The position numbers and the translations under genes were made by a program. Below are positions 18,921 to 29,301 of a stretch of 64,000 bases of DNA, piece after piece; within the stretch, counting starts at the first letter, position 1; every line of letters begins with the position of its first letter. The stretch is from Bacteroides sp. GTDB taxonomy: Bacteria; Bacteroidota; Bacteroidia; Bacteroidales; Muribaculaceae. Below the pieces are notes generated by a model. That model did no database searches. It was given only the letters and a program-made list of their open reading frames with translations, and was not told where the DNA came from. The stretch spans positions 14,242 through 78,241 of the forward strand of contig JAAVCX010000033.1 in the NCBI GenBank assembly GCA_014802105.1, given 5' to 3'.

Positions 18921-19780
18921 AATATCGTTTCTTCAGAGGATCACTCAAGACCTTCGCCCGCCTGCCGCTGGGTGTCATGTATCTGCTCAGCGACCTGGCC
19001 GCGTTTATTTTATATAAGGTCGTGAAATATCGTGTCGGAGTGGTCAGAAACAACCTCGCCATGGCGTTTCCTGAAAAGACCGACAAGGAGCGTCTTGCCA
19101 TCGAGAAAGAATTCTACCGCCACCTCTGCGACATCTTCATCGAGACCATCAAACTTGCCCATATCTCTGACCGTCAGATCGAGCGGAGAGTGACCGTCAA
19201 AGGAGAGGAGTATATCAACGGCTCCCTTGACCGTGGACGCTCGGTGGTGTTGATGCTGGGCCATTTCGGCAACTGGGAATGGGTCACGGCCGCCGCCCGC
19301 AAATTCCGCCCCGGAGCTGTCAGCTGTGAGATCTATCATCCACTGCGCAACAAGGTCTTCGACCGCATCATGCTCGACCTGCGCAGTCGCTTCGGCACCG
19401 AGAATATCCCTATGGCCAAGACCGTCAGAAGGCTGATGGAGATACGCCGCGACGGCGAGAACTTCGTGTGTGGCTTCATAGCCGACCAACGTCCCTTTAC
19501 ACCGACTCTTAAACACTGGACCGACTTCCTGGGCATCGACACCGCATACGTCAACGGCGGCGAAGTCATCGGCACCAAGATGGACGCCGACTTTGTCTAC
19601 GCCGAGATGATGCCCGTGAAACGAGGACACTATGTGTTGACTTTCAGCCCTATCGAGCCACTTGGCGACGGAGAGGAAAATCCCTACACCCGAGCATATC
19701 TCGCACGGCTCGAGGAGAGCATACGCCGCAGTCCGTCGAGCTGGCTCTGGAGCCACAACCGATGGAAACGCCGCCGCTGA
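18917..19780 (+). CDS. Lipid A late acyltransferase (LpxL/HtrB family)
   Basis: GHFGNWEW, IADQRP, P..WLWSHNRWK. Confidence 0.9.
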   Translation: MKYRFFRGSLKTFARLPLGVMYLLSDLAAFILYKVVKYRVGVVRNNLAMAFPEKTDKERLAIEKEFYRHLCDIFIETIKLAHISDRQIERRVTVKGEEYINGSLDRGRSVVLMLGHFGNWEWVTAAARKFRPGAVSCEIYHPLRNKVFDRIMLDLRSRFGTENIPMAKTVRRLMEIRRDGENFVCGFIADQRPFTPTLKHWTDFLGIDTAYVNGGEVIGTKMDADFVYAEMMPVKRGHYVLTFSPIEPLGDGEENPYTRAYLARLEESIRRSPSSWLWSHNRWKRRR

Positions 19781-19812
19781 GATGCAATCCCCTCCATACC
19801 CCTATAGCTGCC

Positions 19813-20367
19813 TCACGGCCACGGAATGTCGGGACACCCTGCAAGCTGATTGAGACGACGGGCCAGCACATAGAGATAGTCGCTCAGACGATTGAGATAA
19901 CAAGTCACCACGTCGGCAACCTGCTCGCCCGAGCAAGCGAGAGTAAGCACCTCGCGTTCAGCCCTGCGGCACACAGTCCTCGCCACATGGATCTGAGCCG
20001 CCGCCACAGTTCCGCCGGGGAGTATGAACGAGCGCTGTGGCTCCACCAGCGAGTCGAGACGGTCGATCGCACGTTCCAAAGTTTCTATATCCTTAGCGTC
20101 AACCCCCTTGCAGTCGTCGGCTCCGGCCGTAGCCAGATGAGCACCGATGCTGAACATCACCCTCATAGCCCCGGCAAGCACCTCGAGATCTTCGGCAGCC
20201 GGCTCGAATGTTTCGAGATATGCACGCACAAGCCCCAGATGGGCACTCAGTTCATCGACCGTTCCGTAAGCATTGACACGGACACAGTTCTTGGCGACAC
20301 GGCTTCCGCCTACAAGCGAAGTCATTCCACGGTCGCCGGTACGGGTATAAAGCATACTTTTTTTCAT
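19813..20367 (-). CDS. PduO-type cob(I)alamin adenosyltransferase
   Basis: YTRTGD.G.T, YGTVDEL, FILPGG, RTVCRRAER, YLNRLSDYL; start reassigned to ATG 20367. Confidence 0.93.
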   Translation of the reverse strand: MKKSMLYTRTGDRGMTSLVGGSRVAKNCVRVNAYGTVDELSAHLGLVRAYLETFEPAAEDLEVLAGAMRVMFSIGAHLATAGADDCKGVDAKDIETLERAIDRLDSLVEPQRSFILPGGTVAAAQIHVARTVCRRAEREVLTLACSGEQVADVVTCYLNRLSDYLYVLARRLNQLAGCPDIPWP

Positions 20368-20531
20368 GATTGCAAAAATAACGCTTTTTTCGTAAATTTG
20401 CACACACTCCCGCCGCCGGCCCCCCGAAACAAAGCCGAGGAGGAGAGATGCAAGGCCGTGGCGTGACATGGCCACAAATAACCGGCCCAAATAATTGACC
20501 AATTATAATCAATAATCATCGACCAAATAAA

Positions 20532-21134
20532 ATGTTTTCAGGAATAGTAGAAGAGCCCGCCCGAGTAGTGTCGGCGACTCATCATGACGGCAACCTCGAT
20601 CTGAGAGTGGAGTGTAGTTTTGCCCGAGAGCTCAAGATCGACCAGAGCATAGCCCACAACGGAGTGTGTCTCACCGTAGTAGACCTCCCTGGCGACGGCA
20701 CCTATACAGTCACCGCCATACGCGAGACCCTCGACCGCAGCAACCTCGGACTGTTGAGCGAGGGCGACGAGGTGAACCTCGAACGCTCGATGCTTATGAA
20801 CGGCCGCCTTGACGGTCACATAGTGCAGGGCCATGTCGACACCACCGCCGTGTGTACCGACATCGAGGAGGTCGAGGGTAGCCGCTACTTCAAGTTTGTC
20901 TACAACGTGCCCGACGAGATGGCCCGCAAAGGCTATATGACCGTCGAGAAAGGCTCGGTCACAGTCAACGGCGTGAGTCTTACAGTCTGTGACTCGGAGC
21001 GCGACTCCTTCAGGGTAGCCATCATCCCCTACACCCTCGAGCACACCAATTTCAAGCACATAAAGGTCGGCACAAAAGTCAATCTCGAATTTGACATTAT
21101 AGGCAAATATCTTGCCCGGCTCGCGGAAATTTAG
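20532..21134 (+). CDS. ribE: Riboflavin synthase
   Basis: MFSGIVEE N-terminus, SIAHNGVCLTV, GHIVQGHVD, VNLEFD. Confidence 0.96.
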   Translation: MFSGIVEEPARVVSATHHDGNLDLRVECSFARELKIDQSIAHNGVCLTVVDLPGDGTYTVTAIRETLDRSNLGLLSEGDEVNLERSMLMNGRLDGHIVQGHVDTTAVCTDIEEVEGSRYFKFVYNVPDEMARKGYMTVEKGSVTVNGVSLTVCDSERDSFRVAIIPYTLEHTNFKHIKVGTKVNLEFDIIGKYLARLAEI

Positions 21135-21233
21135 TATATTTGCGCTCCCCTTTCGGGCTGAGTGAAGTGTCACCCGGCCCCACAATGATGTATATAATAA
21201 CCTTAATTCACTTTAATCCACTACATTAACACA

Positions 21234-24119
21234 ATGCAAAGCAAAGGATCTTTGGGAAGTGTTGTAGCCGGCGTGATAGCCATCTTCATGGTCATCATCT
21301 GTCTCTTCTACCTCTCCTTCACCGTGGTCACCAACCACTGGGAAGGCAAGGCCGAGGAGTATGCAGCCACCGAGGCCGCCAAGGACAACAACTCTCCCGA
21401 AACTAAACGTAAAGCCTATAGCGAGTACATCAAGAACATCGCTAACGAAAAGGTTTATCTCGGCTACACATTCGCTGAAGTACAGAAGCTCGCCGTCGGA
21501 CTCGGTCTCGACCTCAAGGGCGGCATGAACGTCACCCTCCAGGTGTCGGTGCCCGACATACTTCGCTCCATGGCCAACGCCGAGGGCAACCCATATTTCA
21601 ACACCGCCATCACCAACGCCGACTCGATCGTGCGCATAAACAAGAGCGCCGACTATATCGACATCTTCTGCAACGAGTATCGCAAGCTCGATCCCCAGGC
21701 CGACCTCTCGGTGGTCTTCAAGGATCAGGTCAAACGCGGCACCGGATTTGACGCCGCCAAGTCGACCCTCAAGCAGGAGGTCAAAGACCGCGTGAGCTCG
21801 TCGACCAACGTGCTCCGCACCCGTATCGACCAGTTTGGTGTCGTAGCTCCCAACATCCAGGAGCTCGAGAAAGACGGTCAGATCCTCCTGGAGCTCCCCG
21901 GCGTGAAGGAGCACGACCGCGTGAGAGAGCTTCTCAAGTCGAGCGCCAACCTCGAGTTCTATGAGACTATCCCCGTGAGCGACTTCTCGGGAGCCCTCCA
22001 GCAGCTCGACAACACCCTGCGCGCCGACTCGCTCAACGGTGGCAAGGGTCTCTTCGACTACTTCCTCCAGGTAGGCTCTCAGCGTGGCGCCATCTATGTA
22101 GGCCTGGCCTCCGAGACCGCCCGCGACACCATCAATGCCCTCCTCGCTTCGCCCGCCGCCAAGCGTCTGCTCCCCTCCAATCTCAAACTGGCCTGGGAGT
22201 TCAAGCCCGAGATCGTCACTGTCGATGACTCCGTGCGCGGCAAACGCAACATCGCCATCTATCAGCTCGTGGCCCTCAAGACCGCCAACGGCAAGCCCGC
22301 GCTCGCCGGCGACGTAGTCACCGATGCCACCAGCGACTATGACGTGCAGCAGGGCGGCAACTATGTGTCGATGAACATGAACGCCGAGGGAGCCCGTCAG
22401 TGGGCCCGTCTCACCGCTGCCAACGTAGGCAAGCAGGTGGCCATCGTGCTCGACGATCAGGTCTACTCGGCCCCCAACGTCAACAATGTCATCGAGGGAG
22501 GTCGCTCCTCGATCACCGGCAACTTCACCACCGACGAGGCCAAAGACCTTGCCAACGTGCTCAAGAGCGGTAAGATGGCAGCCAAGGTAGACATCATCTC
22601 CGACACCGTGATCGGCCCCTCGCTGGGCGAGCAGGCCATCAAGGACGGTATGTGGTCGTTTGTCATCGCCCTCGTGCTTCTGATGATCTTCATGTGTGCG
22701 TTCTATGGCCTCATCCCCGGCCTGATCGCTAACGTGGCCCTCGTCTTCAATATCTTCTTCACCTTCGGTATCCTCGCTTCATTCCAGGCCGTGCTCACCC
22801 TCTCGGGTATCGCCGGTATCGTGCTGGCACTCGGTATGGCAGTCGACGCCAACGTGCTCATCTATGAGCGCGCCAAAGAGGAGCTCCGCGCCGGCAAGAA
22901 CGTGCGCACCGCTATCGCCGACGGTTATTCCAACGCCTTCTCGGCCATCTTCGACTCCAACCTCACATCGATCATCACCGGTGTGATCCTCCTGCTCTTC
23001 GGTACAGGCCCCATCAAGGGCTTCGCCACCACCCTTATCATCGGTATCGTCTGCTCGTTCTTCACCGCAGTTTACATGAGCCGACTGATCTACAACATGT
23101 TTGCAGGCACCAAGGCTTTCGAGAACCTCACCTTCACCACTCCCCTCTCGCGCAAGATGTTCACCAACACCCACATCAACTTCCTGGGTGCCCGTCGCAA
23201 GGCCTTCGCAATTGTAGGAGTAATGGTGGCTATCGTGGTGATCAGCCTCGTGGTACGCGGCCTCAACCAGGGCATCGACTTCTCGGGCGGTCGCAACTAT
23301 GTGGTACAGTTCTCCCACCCCGTCAAGACTCATGAGCTCGATGCCAAGCTGACTCCCCTCTTCGGCGGCGCACAGCTCAGCGTCATCACCATCGACGACG
23401 ACACCAAGGTGCGTATCTCGACCAACTACAAGATCGACTCAGACGAGGAGAATGTCGACGAGGAGATCACCGAGATCCTCTACAACGGCCTCCAGGACGA
23501 ACTTGAAGGCATGAGCATGAAGGACTTCTCGACAACCAACGAGAATATCGGCATCATGTCGTCTCAGAAAGTAGGCCCGACCGTGGCCAACGACATGCGC
23601 ACTGACGCCTACATCGCCGTAGGTCTCGCCCTCCTGGCCATGTTCTTCTACATCCTCCTGCGTTTCCGCAACGTGGCCTTCTCGGTAGGTGCGCTCGCCG
23701 CCGTAGCCTTCACCGCCTTCTGCATCGTAGGATTTTACAGTATCTTCTGGGGTGTCTTCCCCTTCGCCATGGAGATCGACCAGTCGTTTATCGCAGCGAT
23801 CCTCACCGTGATCGGTTATCAGATCAACGACACCGTGGTGGTCTTCGACCGTGTGCGTGAGAACGTAGGTCTCTATCCCAAGCAGAGCTTCTTCGACACT
23901 ATCAACTCATCGATCAACTCGACCCTTGGACGTACCGTCATGACCTCGAGCTCGACTCTGCTCGTGCTCCTGTGCATCTTCATCCTCGGCGGCGATGCCA
24001 TCCGCTCGTTTGTCTTCGCCATGATCGTCGGTGTTATCATCGGTACACTCGCCACCATCTATGTGGCTGCCCCCGTTGCCTATCTCACCGATGCACGTCG
24101 CACTGCCAAGAAGGCATAA
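21234..24119 (+). CDS. secDF: Fused protein translocase subunit SecDF
   Basis: GLGLDLKGG, GMAVDANVLIYER, GIDFSGG, INDTVVVFDRVRE. Confidence 0.97.
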   Translation: MQSKGSLGSVVAGVIAIFMVIICLFYLSFTVVTNHWEGKAEEYAATEAAKDNNSPETKRKAYSEYIKNIANEKVYLGYTFAEVQKLAVGLGLDLKGGMNVTLQVSVPDILRSMANAEGNPYFNTAITNADSIVRINKSADYIDIFCNEYRKLDPQADLSVVFKDQVKRGTGFDAAKSTLKQEVKDRVSSSTNVLRTRIDQFGVVAPNIQELEKDGQILLELPGVKEHDRVRELLKSSANLEFYETIPVSDFSGALQQLDNTLRADSLNGGKGLFDYFLQVGSQRGAIYVGLASETARDTINALLASPAAKRLLPSNLKLAWEFKPEIVTVDDSVRGKRNIAIYQLVALKTANGKPALAGDVVTDATSDYDVQQGGNYVSMNMNAEGARQWARLTAANVGKQVAIVLDDQVYSAPNVNNVIEGGRSSITGNFTTDEAKDLANVLKSGKMAAKVDIISDTVIGPSLGEQAIKDGMWSFVIALVLLMIFMCAFYGLIPGLIANVALVFNIFFTFGILASFQAVLTLSGIAGIVLALGMAVDANVLIYERAKEELRAGKNVRTAIADGYSNAFSAIFDSNLTSIITGVILLLFGTGPIKGFATTLIIGIVCSFFTAVYMSRLIYNMFAGTKAFENLTFTTPLSRKMFTNTHINFLGARRKAFAIVGVMVAIVVISLVVRGLNQGIDFSGGRNYVVQFSHPVKTHELDAKLTPLFGGAQLSVITIDDDTKVRISTNYKIDSDEENVDEEITEILYNGLQDELEGMSMKDFSTTNENIGIMSSQKVGPTVANDMRTDAYIAVGLALLAMFFYILLRFRNVAFSVGALAAVAFTAFCIVGFYSIFWGVFPFAMEIDQSFIAAILTVIGYQINDTVVVFDRVRENVGLYPKQSFFDTINSSINSTLGRTVMTSSSTLLVLLCIFILGGDAIRSFVFAMIVGVIIGTLATIYVAAPVAYLTDARRTAKKA

Positions 24120-24150
24120 CAACATTACAGAATAATTCTGTCACCTCCTT

Positions 24151-24187
24151 TCACTCTCCGCCCTCAGGGCGGGGAGTGATTTTTTTA
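24151..24187 (+). terminator. Rho-independent terminator after secDF
   Basis: tcactctccgccc/gggcggggagtga stem + T-run. Confidence 0.85.
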
Positions 24188-24379
24188 TGAAAAAGTCATA
24201 GTTAACGACAGTACCATTTCGGCTATCCTGTCCGATACCCCCACAATACAAGAACACACTAAAAAACAATCCCTGCCGCAATGTGACCGCGACAGGGATG
24301 AAACTATAAAGGATGTAAAAACGTATATGCTGAGACCGGCCGGGACACGCGTCAACTCAGCCGTCAATACTTCGATCTA

Positions 24380-25276
24380 TCACTCGATATAACCGAAGCT
24401 CTTGAGCTTGTTCTCGCGGTTGCGCCAATTGGGCTCGACCTTGACAAACATCTCGAGAAAGACGCTCTTGCCGAAGAATTTCTCGATATCCTTGCGTGCC
24501 TCGATACCGACTTTCTTGATCATCGAGCCCTTATGACCTATGATAATGCCCTTCTGAGAGTCACGCTCCACATAGATCACCGCCATGATATGGATAGAGT
24601 TTTCCTTCTCCTCAAACTTCTCGACAATGACTTCGACCGAGTAAGGGATCTCCTTTTCATAGAGCATGAGTATCTTCTCACGGATAATCTCGGTGACAAA
24701 GAAACGGGCAGGCTTGTCGGTGAGCGCATCCTTGCCGAAGAATGGAGGATTGACAGGCAGGAGCTCCACGATGCGGTTCATCAGATTGGCCACATTGAAA
24801 TTCTCCTTGGCCGAGACAGGGAATATCTCGGCATTGGGCAGCAGAGCCTGCCATTTCTCGGTGAGCTGCTCGAGGTCTACCTGCACTTTGACCAGGTCAA
24901 TCTTATTGATCACCACGATCACGGGGATCTTCTCCTTAGCCACTTTGGCAAGAAAATCGGCATTTTTGGAAGGATCCTCGACCACATCGGTGACATAGAG
25001 CAAGACATCGGCATCCACCAACGCTCCCTCACTGAAGTTGAGCATGCTCTCCTGGAGCTTATACTTGGGAGCGAGCACTCCCGGAGTGTCGGAAAAGACT
25101 ATCTGATATTCGGGAGTATTGACTATGCCCATGATGCGGTGGCGGGTAGTCTGAGCCTTTGAAGTGATGATACTGATGCGCTCGCCTACGAGCAGATTGG
25201 TGAGTGTCGACTTGCCGACATTAGGATTGCCCACAATATTGACAAAGCCGGCTTTATGGTTGATTTCCTGTGCCAT
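24380..25276 (-). CDS. era: GTPase Era
   Basis: GNPNVGKS, QTTR, DTPG, NKID, KH domain. Confidence 0.97.
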   Translation of the reverse strand: MAQEINHKAGFVNIVGNPNVGKSTLTNLLVGERISIITSKAQTTRHRIMGIVNTPEYQIVFSDTPGVLAPKYKLQESMLNFSEGALVDADVLLYVTDVVEDPSKNADFLAKVAKEKIPVIVVINKIDLVKVQVDLEQLTEKWQALLPNAEIFPVSAKENFNVANLMNRIVELLPVNPPFFGKDALTDKPARFFVTEIIREKILMLYEKEIPYSVEVIVEKFEEKENSIHIMAVIYVERDSQKGIIIGHKGSMIKKVGIEARKDIEKFFGKSVFLEMFVKVEPNWRNRENKLKSFGYIE

Positions 25277-25388
25277 ATAGTTAGAATTGAATGATTTTTA
25301 ATCAGTAAATAAATCGGCGCGTGAGGGCGCCTTTATCATATAAACAAAAATAGCACCTGAAAAGATGCTATTAATGTCTAAAATTATC

Positions 25389-25581
25389 GAACTGATCTAA
25401 ACTTATTACAAATTAACAATTCGAGATTGTTTTGGAGCTAATTTTGAGGTTTTTGAGGGAGCGATGGGGATCCATCGTGACCGATAAAACCGAAGAAATT
25501 AGCCTAAAACAAGCCGAAAGGTTAATTCTAAGAATATTTCAGTTCTGGTTTTTACTTTCTGTAATTAGTTTAGATCAGTTC
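25389..25581. repeat. ~190-bp imperfect palindrome with 22-bp terminal inverted repeats
   Basis: GAACTGATCTAAACTTATTACA (25389-410) vs revcomp of 25560-581 (21/22 match), with nested internal inverted segments. Confidence 0.75.
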
Positions 25582-25620
25582 ATAATTAAGGCTGTTTCAC
25601 AGAACTCGCTGCGACAGCTC

Positions 25621-26604
25621 TTAGAGATCCCAGATGATATAGAGAGCGCCCCAGGTGAAGCCTGCGCCAAAGGCAGTCAGCACGATGCGGTCGCCCTTCT
25701 TGAGCTTGTCCTTATACTCATCGAGACACAGAGGTATAGAGGCGGCCGAAGTGTTGCCATACTTCTCGATATTCACCAACACCTTTGCAGGGTCGATGCC
25801 CAGACGTCCGCCGACAGCCTCGATGATGCGGAGGTTGGCCTGGTGAGAGCAGAACCAGTCGATATTCTCGTTGGTGAGCGAGTTGCGTTCCATGACCTCC
25901 TTGGTAGACTCGAGCATGTCGGTCACGGCATTCTTGTAGACATTGCGTCCGTCCTGGATCACGAAGTGTTGCTGAGCGTCGACTGTCTCGTGAGAAGCGG
26001 GCAGAGCCGAGCCTCCGGCAGGCATCCAAAGGTGTTCCTTACCCTCGCCGTCGACATAGAAGACACCGTCAATGATACCGACCTCACGCTCGGTGGGCTC
26101 GAGGAGCATTGCGCCGGCACCGTCGCCGAAGAGCGGACAGGTGGCACGGTCATTATAGTTGGTCATGGACGACATTTTCTCACACGAGACAACGATCACC
26201 TTCTTGCGGAGACCTGAACGTATATAGGCATTTGCATCCTGAAGAGCCACCAGGAAGCCAGCACAGGCAGCCTGGAGATCATATCCGTAACACTTGGTGA
26301 GGCCTGCATCATGAGCGATGATCGAGGCTGTGGAGGGGAAACGGTAGTCGGGATTGGTAGTGGCGCAGATGAGCAGATCGATCTCCTCGGGCTTGGTGCC
26401 TGTCGATTCAAGCAACTGCTTGACACACTGGACACCCATATAGGATGAAGCCTTGGAAGGATCTTTGAGAATACGGCGCTCCTTGATGCCGACACGGGTG
26501 GTGATCCACTCGTCATTGGTGTCGACCATCTTGGAAAGCATCTCGTTGTCGAGAATATCTTCGGGAGCCCAAGAGGAGATTCCGGCTATGCGGGCATGTA
26601 TCAT
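25621..26604 (-). CDS. fabH: 3-oxoacyl-ACP synthase III
   Basis: AACAGF (Cys), HQAN, GNTSAAS, FGAGFTWG. Confidence 0.96.
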   Translation of the reverse strand: MIHARIAGISSWAPEDILDNEMLSKMVDTNDEWITTRVGIKERRILKDPSKASSYMGVQCVKQLLESTGTKPEEIDLLICATTNPDYRFPSTASIIAHDAGLTKCYGYDLQAACAGFLVALQDANAYIRSGLRKKVIVVSCEKMSSMTNYNDRATCPLFGDGAGAMLLEPTEREVGIIDGVFYVDGEGKEHLWMPAGGSALPASHETVDAQQHFVIQDGRNVYKNAVTDMLESTKEVMERNSLTNENIDWFCSHQANLRIIEAVGGRLGIDPAKVLVNIEKYGNTSAASIPLCLDEYKDKLKKGDRIVLTAFGAGFTWGALYIIWDL

Positions 26605-26635
26605 TATTGACTGTGTATTTATACTGTATTACTAA

Positions 26636-26672
26636 TAAAAAAATAGCCTGAGTGCCGCCGGGCACCAGGCTA
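26636..26672 (-). terminator. Hairpin/terminator downstream of rpmF
   Basis: tagcctg-gtgcc...ggcac-caggcta stem with A-run on + (U-run on -). Confidence 0.6.
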
Positions 26673-26743
26673 AGCTTTCTGCTCCCGCCGATGGTGGAGT
26701 CAACAAATAAAGACGTCCCGATTTACGGCGAGATTACCCGAGA

Positions 26744-26929
26744 TCAGACAGCGGCAGTCTTCTCGATCACGATGCGGCCGCGGTAGTATCCACATTCGCC
26801 ACATACGGTGTGGTAAAGATGCCAGGAGCCGCAGTTGGGACACATTGCCAGAGTGGGGACAACGGCCTTGTCGTGAGTACGGCGCTTTGCGGTGCGGGTC
26901 TTGGATTGCTTGCGTTTAGGATGTGCCAT
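26744..26929 (-). CDS. rpmF: 50S ribosomal protein L32
   Basis: MAHPKRKQSKTR...CPNCG..H.VC.ECGYY. Confidence 0.97.
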   Translation of the reverse strand: MAHPKRKQSKTRTAKRRTHDKAVVPTLAMCPNCGSWHLYHTVCGECGYYRGRIVIEKTAAV

Positions 26930-26979
26930 GACTTTTTATAAAGTTATTGTTATTATATCTTGGTAAGAATAGTCTTGTT

Positions 26980-27603
26980 TTAATTTTCTTCACTGCCGGT
27001 CAGGTCGCTGCGCAGCTTGCTGAGGCCTTCCCACCGGGGATCGACAGGAGCTTCGTTGGCCACGCTCTCCTCGCCTCCGGGCACCGAAGTGTCGATCGAG
27101 TCCATGTCGTCCATGAGATTGTCCATGAGCTCGGCATCCTCGTCGCCCCCTTTGACCGACCGATGCTTGCGCAACAAGGCGCTCATGGCCCGGTTACACT
27201 TGCCCAACGGGTGAACATGCTTCAGGGGAATTGCAAGCACCACGCTGTCATAGATCATATAGGAGACGTTAAGCGACTGATCGCTCTGGGGAATGATGAG
27301 CATCTCGTCGGTCTCGTCATAGTCCTCGCCATACTTGACAGCGGTGGCATAAGACGGATTGATCTCGAGCACCAGATCATCGAGACAGCGGTCACACTGC
27401 AGAGTGACCGTGCCGGTGATTTCAAACGACAGAGAGTAGATGTCATGCTTGTTGACAACAGTGAGCGTGACGTCGAGATTGGCGTCGCGCACATCGGTAC
27501 TTTCCATTGTTTCAAAGAATTGCTTATCGAGATGATAAGTAAATTCCCGGGTGCCCTCAGGCATCGTCTTAAGCGGGACGTTGAATGTCGATAACTTTCC
27601 CAC
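26980..27603 (-). CDS. yceD: DUF177/YceD-family protein
   Basis: CDRCL, IP.KHVH, DPRW..L motifs; upstream of rpmF; GTG start. Confidence 0.9.
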   Translation of the reverse strand: MGKLSTFNVPLKTMPEGTREFTYHLDKQFFETMESTDVRDANLDVTLTVVNKHDIYSLSFEITGTVTLQCDRCLDDLVLEINPSYATAVKYGEDYDETDEMLIIPQSDQSLNVSYMIYDSVVLAIPLKHVHPLGKCNRAMSALLRKHRSVKGGDEDAELMDNLMDDMDSIDTSVPGGEESVANEAPVDPRWEGLSKLRSDLTGSEEN

Positions 27604-27723
27604 GACAGTAATTGGTTGAAAAAACTGTGCAAAGTTATTGAAAAAGTTTTGATTGTCAAAATATTCCCGACTATAATTTGTGAAAGAAGTATAATTCAGA
27701 GGTTTTCCGACCTCCCGATCTTC

Positions 27724-29214
27724 TCATTCAAGCACCATGACGCTGGCTCTCTGATTGTCCATGCCAGGCATGGTACGTCCGATAGGTGCGTTGATATAAG
27801 TAGGGTCACACACCAGAAATTTCTCTCCTCCCATACGTATATAATCCCCCTTGGCATCCTCGCCCAGGGCAATGGCGGTGGCCAGGTGGCCGGGATAGTA
27901 GACCAACGCGCATCTTAGGCCCAGTAGATCTCTTACCACCCGTGTGAGCAAGATACTGCGATCCTCGCAGTCACAGTAAGGATAATAGAGCGTCTCGTCG
28001 GCAAAGAAAGCCCGGTCAGCCCCCCACACCTTATCGTCATACTCATATTCAAAAGCCGTCTGCACCCAGTTGCACAGACGGTCAACAGCCTCGTAATCGC
28101 TAAGGCCACCGATAACATCGAGCAGCTGAGGATAGAGTGTCTCTTTCATGGCCACAGACGTAGGGGTGTTGGCGTAGATAGCCCAGCGCGTCATGGGATC
28201 GTCGCCATACTGCGATGACGGAAAATCATTACAGAAATCTATATAATTGGCATTGACCGCGCTCTTGACCGAGACTCCCTTGCGCGAGACGAGCTGACGC
28301 TCGGGCGAGAGTCGGTGACCGAACCGTTGGACAGTCGTGACGGATGTCCTCATGGGTTTCTCGCCCGGGAAAGACGTATTACAGACGGTGAGTCCGCTCA
28401 ACCCCTCAAAATCACAATAAAACCTCATGCCGTCAATACCCCACCATATCCTACCATATATCGTGTAAGGTGAGGCGAACAGCATCACCAACCTGTCGCC
28501 GGCAAAGGCCAGCCGCATCTGATAGCCCGACTGGCAGTAAAGAAACGCTTTGAGCAGTTCAGACTCGTTCGAGTCGTTGCCGAGCAGTTTATCCGCCACG
28601 ACATCGAGCAATCTGAGATAGGCCCAATCTGAAAGAGCATAACGGTCACGCAACGCAAGGCAGTCATAGACCGTGTTGTCAGTCGCGTTTCCCGAGAGCC
28701 TTTTCCAAACCCGCGACACATCCTTTTCATCAGGCTTCAGAGTGAAACGCATCTCATCAGAGACCCTCACAGTCATGTCTGTTCCATAGAGACTCACCGT
28801 CAGAATCTGTCCCATCTTGATCACAGGAGTCTCAATCGGGCTATCGGGCCCGACAGGCTCCACGGGCTTAACCGGGGCTACGGGCTCAGGACGCGGCATG
28901 ATCGGTGGAGGAGCTATTATTTCGTTGATCTTGACCGGTGTGTCATCAATAGGCTTCTTCTCATCTATCGGTCTTATCTTTACGGGAGGGACGGTTTTCT
29001 CCTTAGGCTTCTCAATCGCAGGCGACACGCTGAACTCCTTCCAGGCCTGTTGCAGAAAATCGGCATACTCGGCATTAGCTTTCTGCCTGAAGTCACCGAA
29101 CTCCTTTACCGATTGTTGCCTGAAATCATAAAACGCCTTGCGGAAATCATCATCAATCTGAGCCGTCACCACAAAGGGCGCAATGAGAGCCGCTGTCTGG
29201 AGGAGTTTTTTCAT
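27724..29214 (-). CDS. Exported protein with C-terminal transglutaminase-like (Cys-His-Asp) domain
   Basis: Signal peptide, Pro-rich linker, DCEDRSIL / YPGHLA / CDPTY motifs. Confidence 0.7.
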   Translation of the reverse strand: MKKLLQTAALIAPFVVTAQIDDDFRKAFYDFRQQSVKEFGDFRQKANAEYADFLQQAWKEFSVSPAIEKPKEKTVPPVKIRPIDEKKPIDDTPVKINEIIAPPPIMPRPEPVAPVKPVEPVGPDSPIETPVIKMGQILTVSLYGTDMTVRVSDEMRFTLKPDEKDVSRVWKRLSGNATDNTVYDCLALRDRYALSDWAYLRLLDVVADKLLGNDSNESELLKAFLYCQSGYQMRLAFAGDRLVMLFASPYTIYGRIWWGIDGMRFYCDFEGLSGLTVCNTSFPGEKPMRTSVTTVQRFGHRLSPERQLVSRKGVSVKSAVNANYIDFCNDFPSSQYGDDPMTRWAIYANTPTSVAMKETLYPQLLDVIGGLSDYEAVDRLCNWVQTAFEYEYDDKVWGADRAFFADETLYYPYCDCEDRSILLTRVVRDLLGLRCALVYYPGHLATAIALGEDAKGDYIRMGGEKFLVCDPTYINAPIGRTMPGMDNQRASVMVLE

Positions 29215-29233
29215 TAGATTAGAAGTGATTTAT

Positions 29234-29280
29234 TAAGAAAAGACATCTGCCGACAAGCCATTCTCTCATCGACAGATGTC
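29234..29280 (-). terminator. Intra-operon terminator-like hairpin after the OMP gene
   Basis: gacatctg...cagatgtc stem preceded by aagaaaa on + strand. Confidence 0.55.
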
Positions 29281-29301
29281 ATATCGCAATTTTAGAGACT
29301 C

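Noticed and set aside
20401-20531. GC-rich leader of ribE as an FMN riboswitch
   Set aside because: Lacks the FMN aptamer consensus (AGGGCGGGG..AAATTCCC..ACCG); none seen upstream of ribH either.
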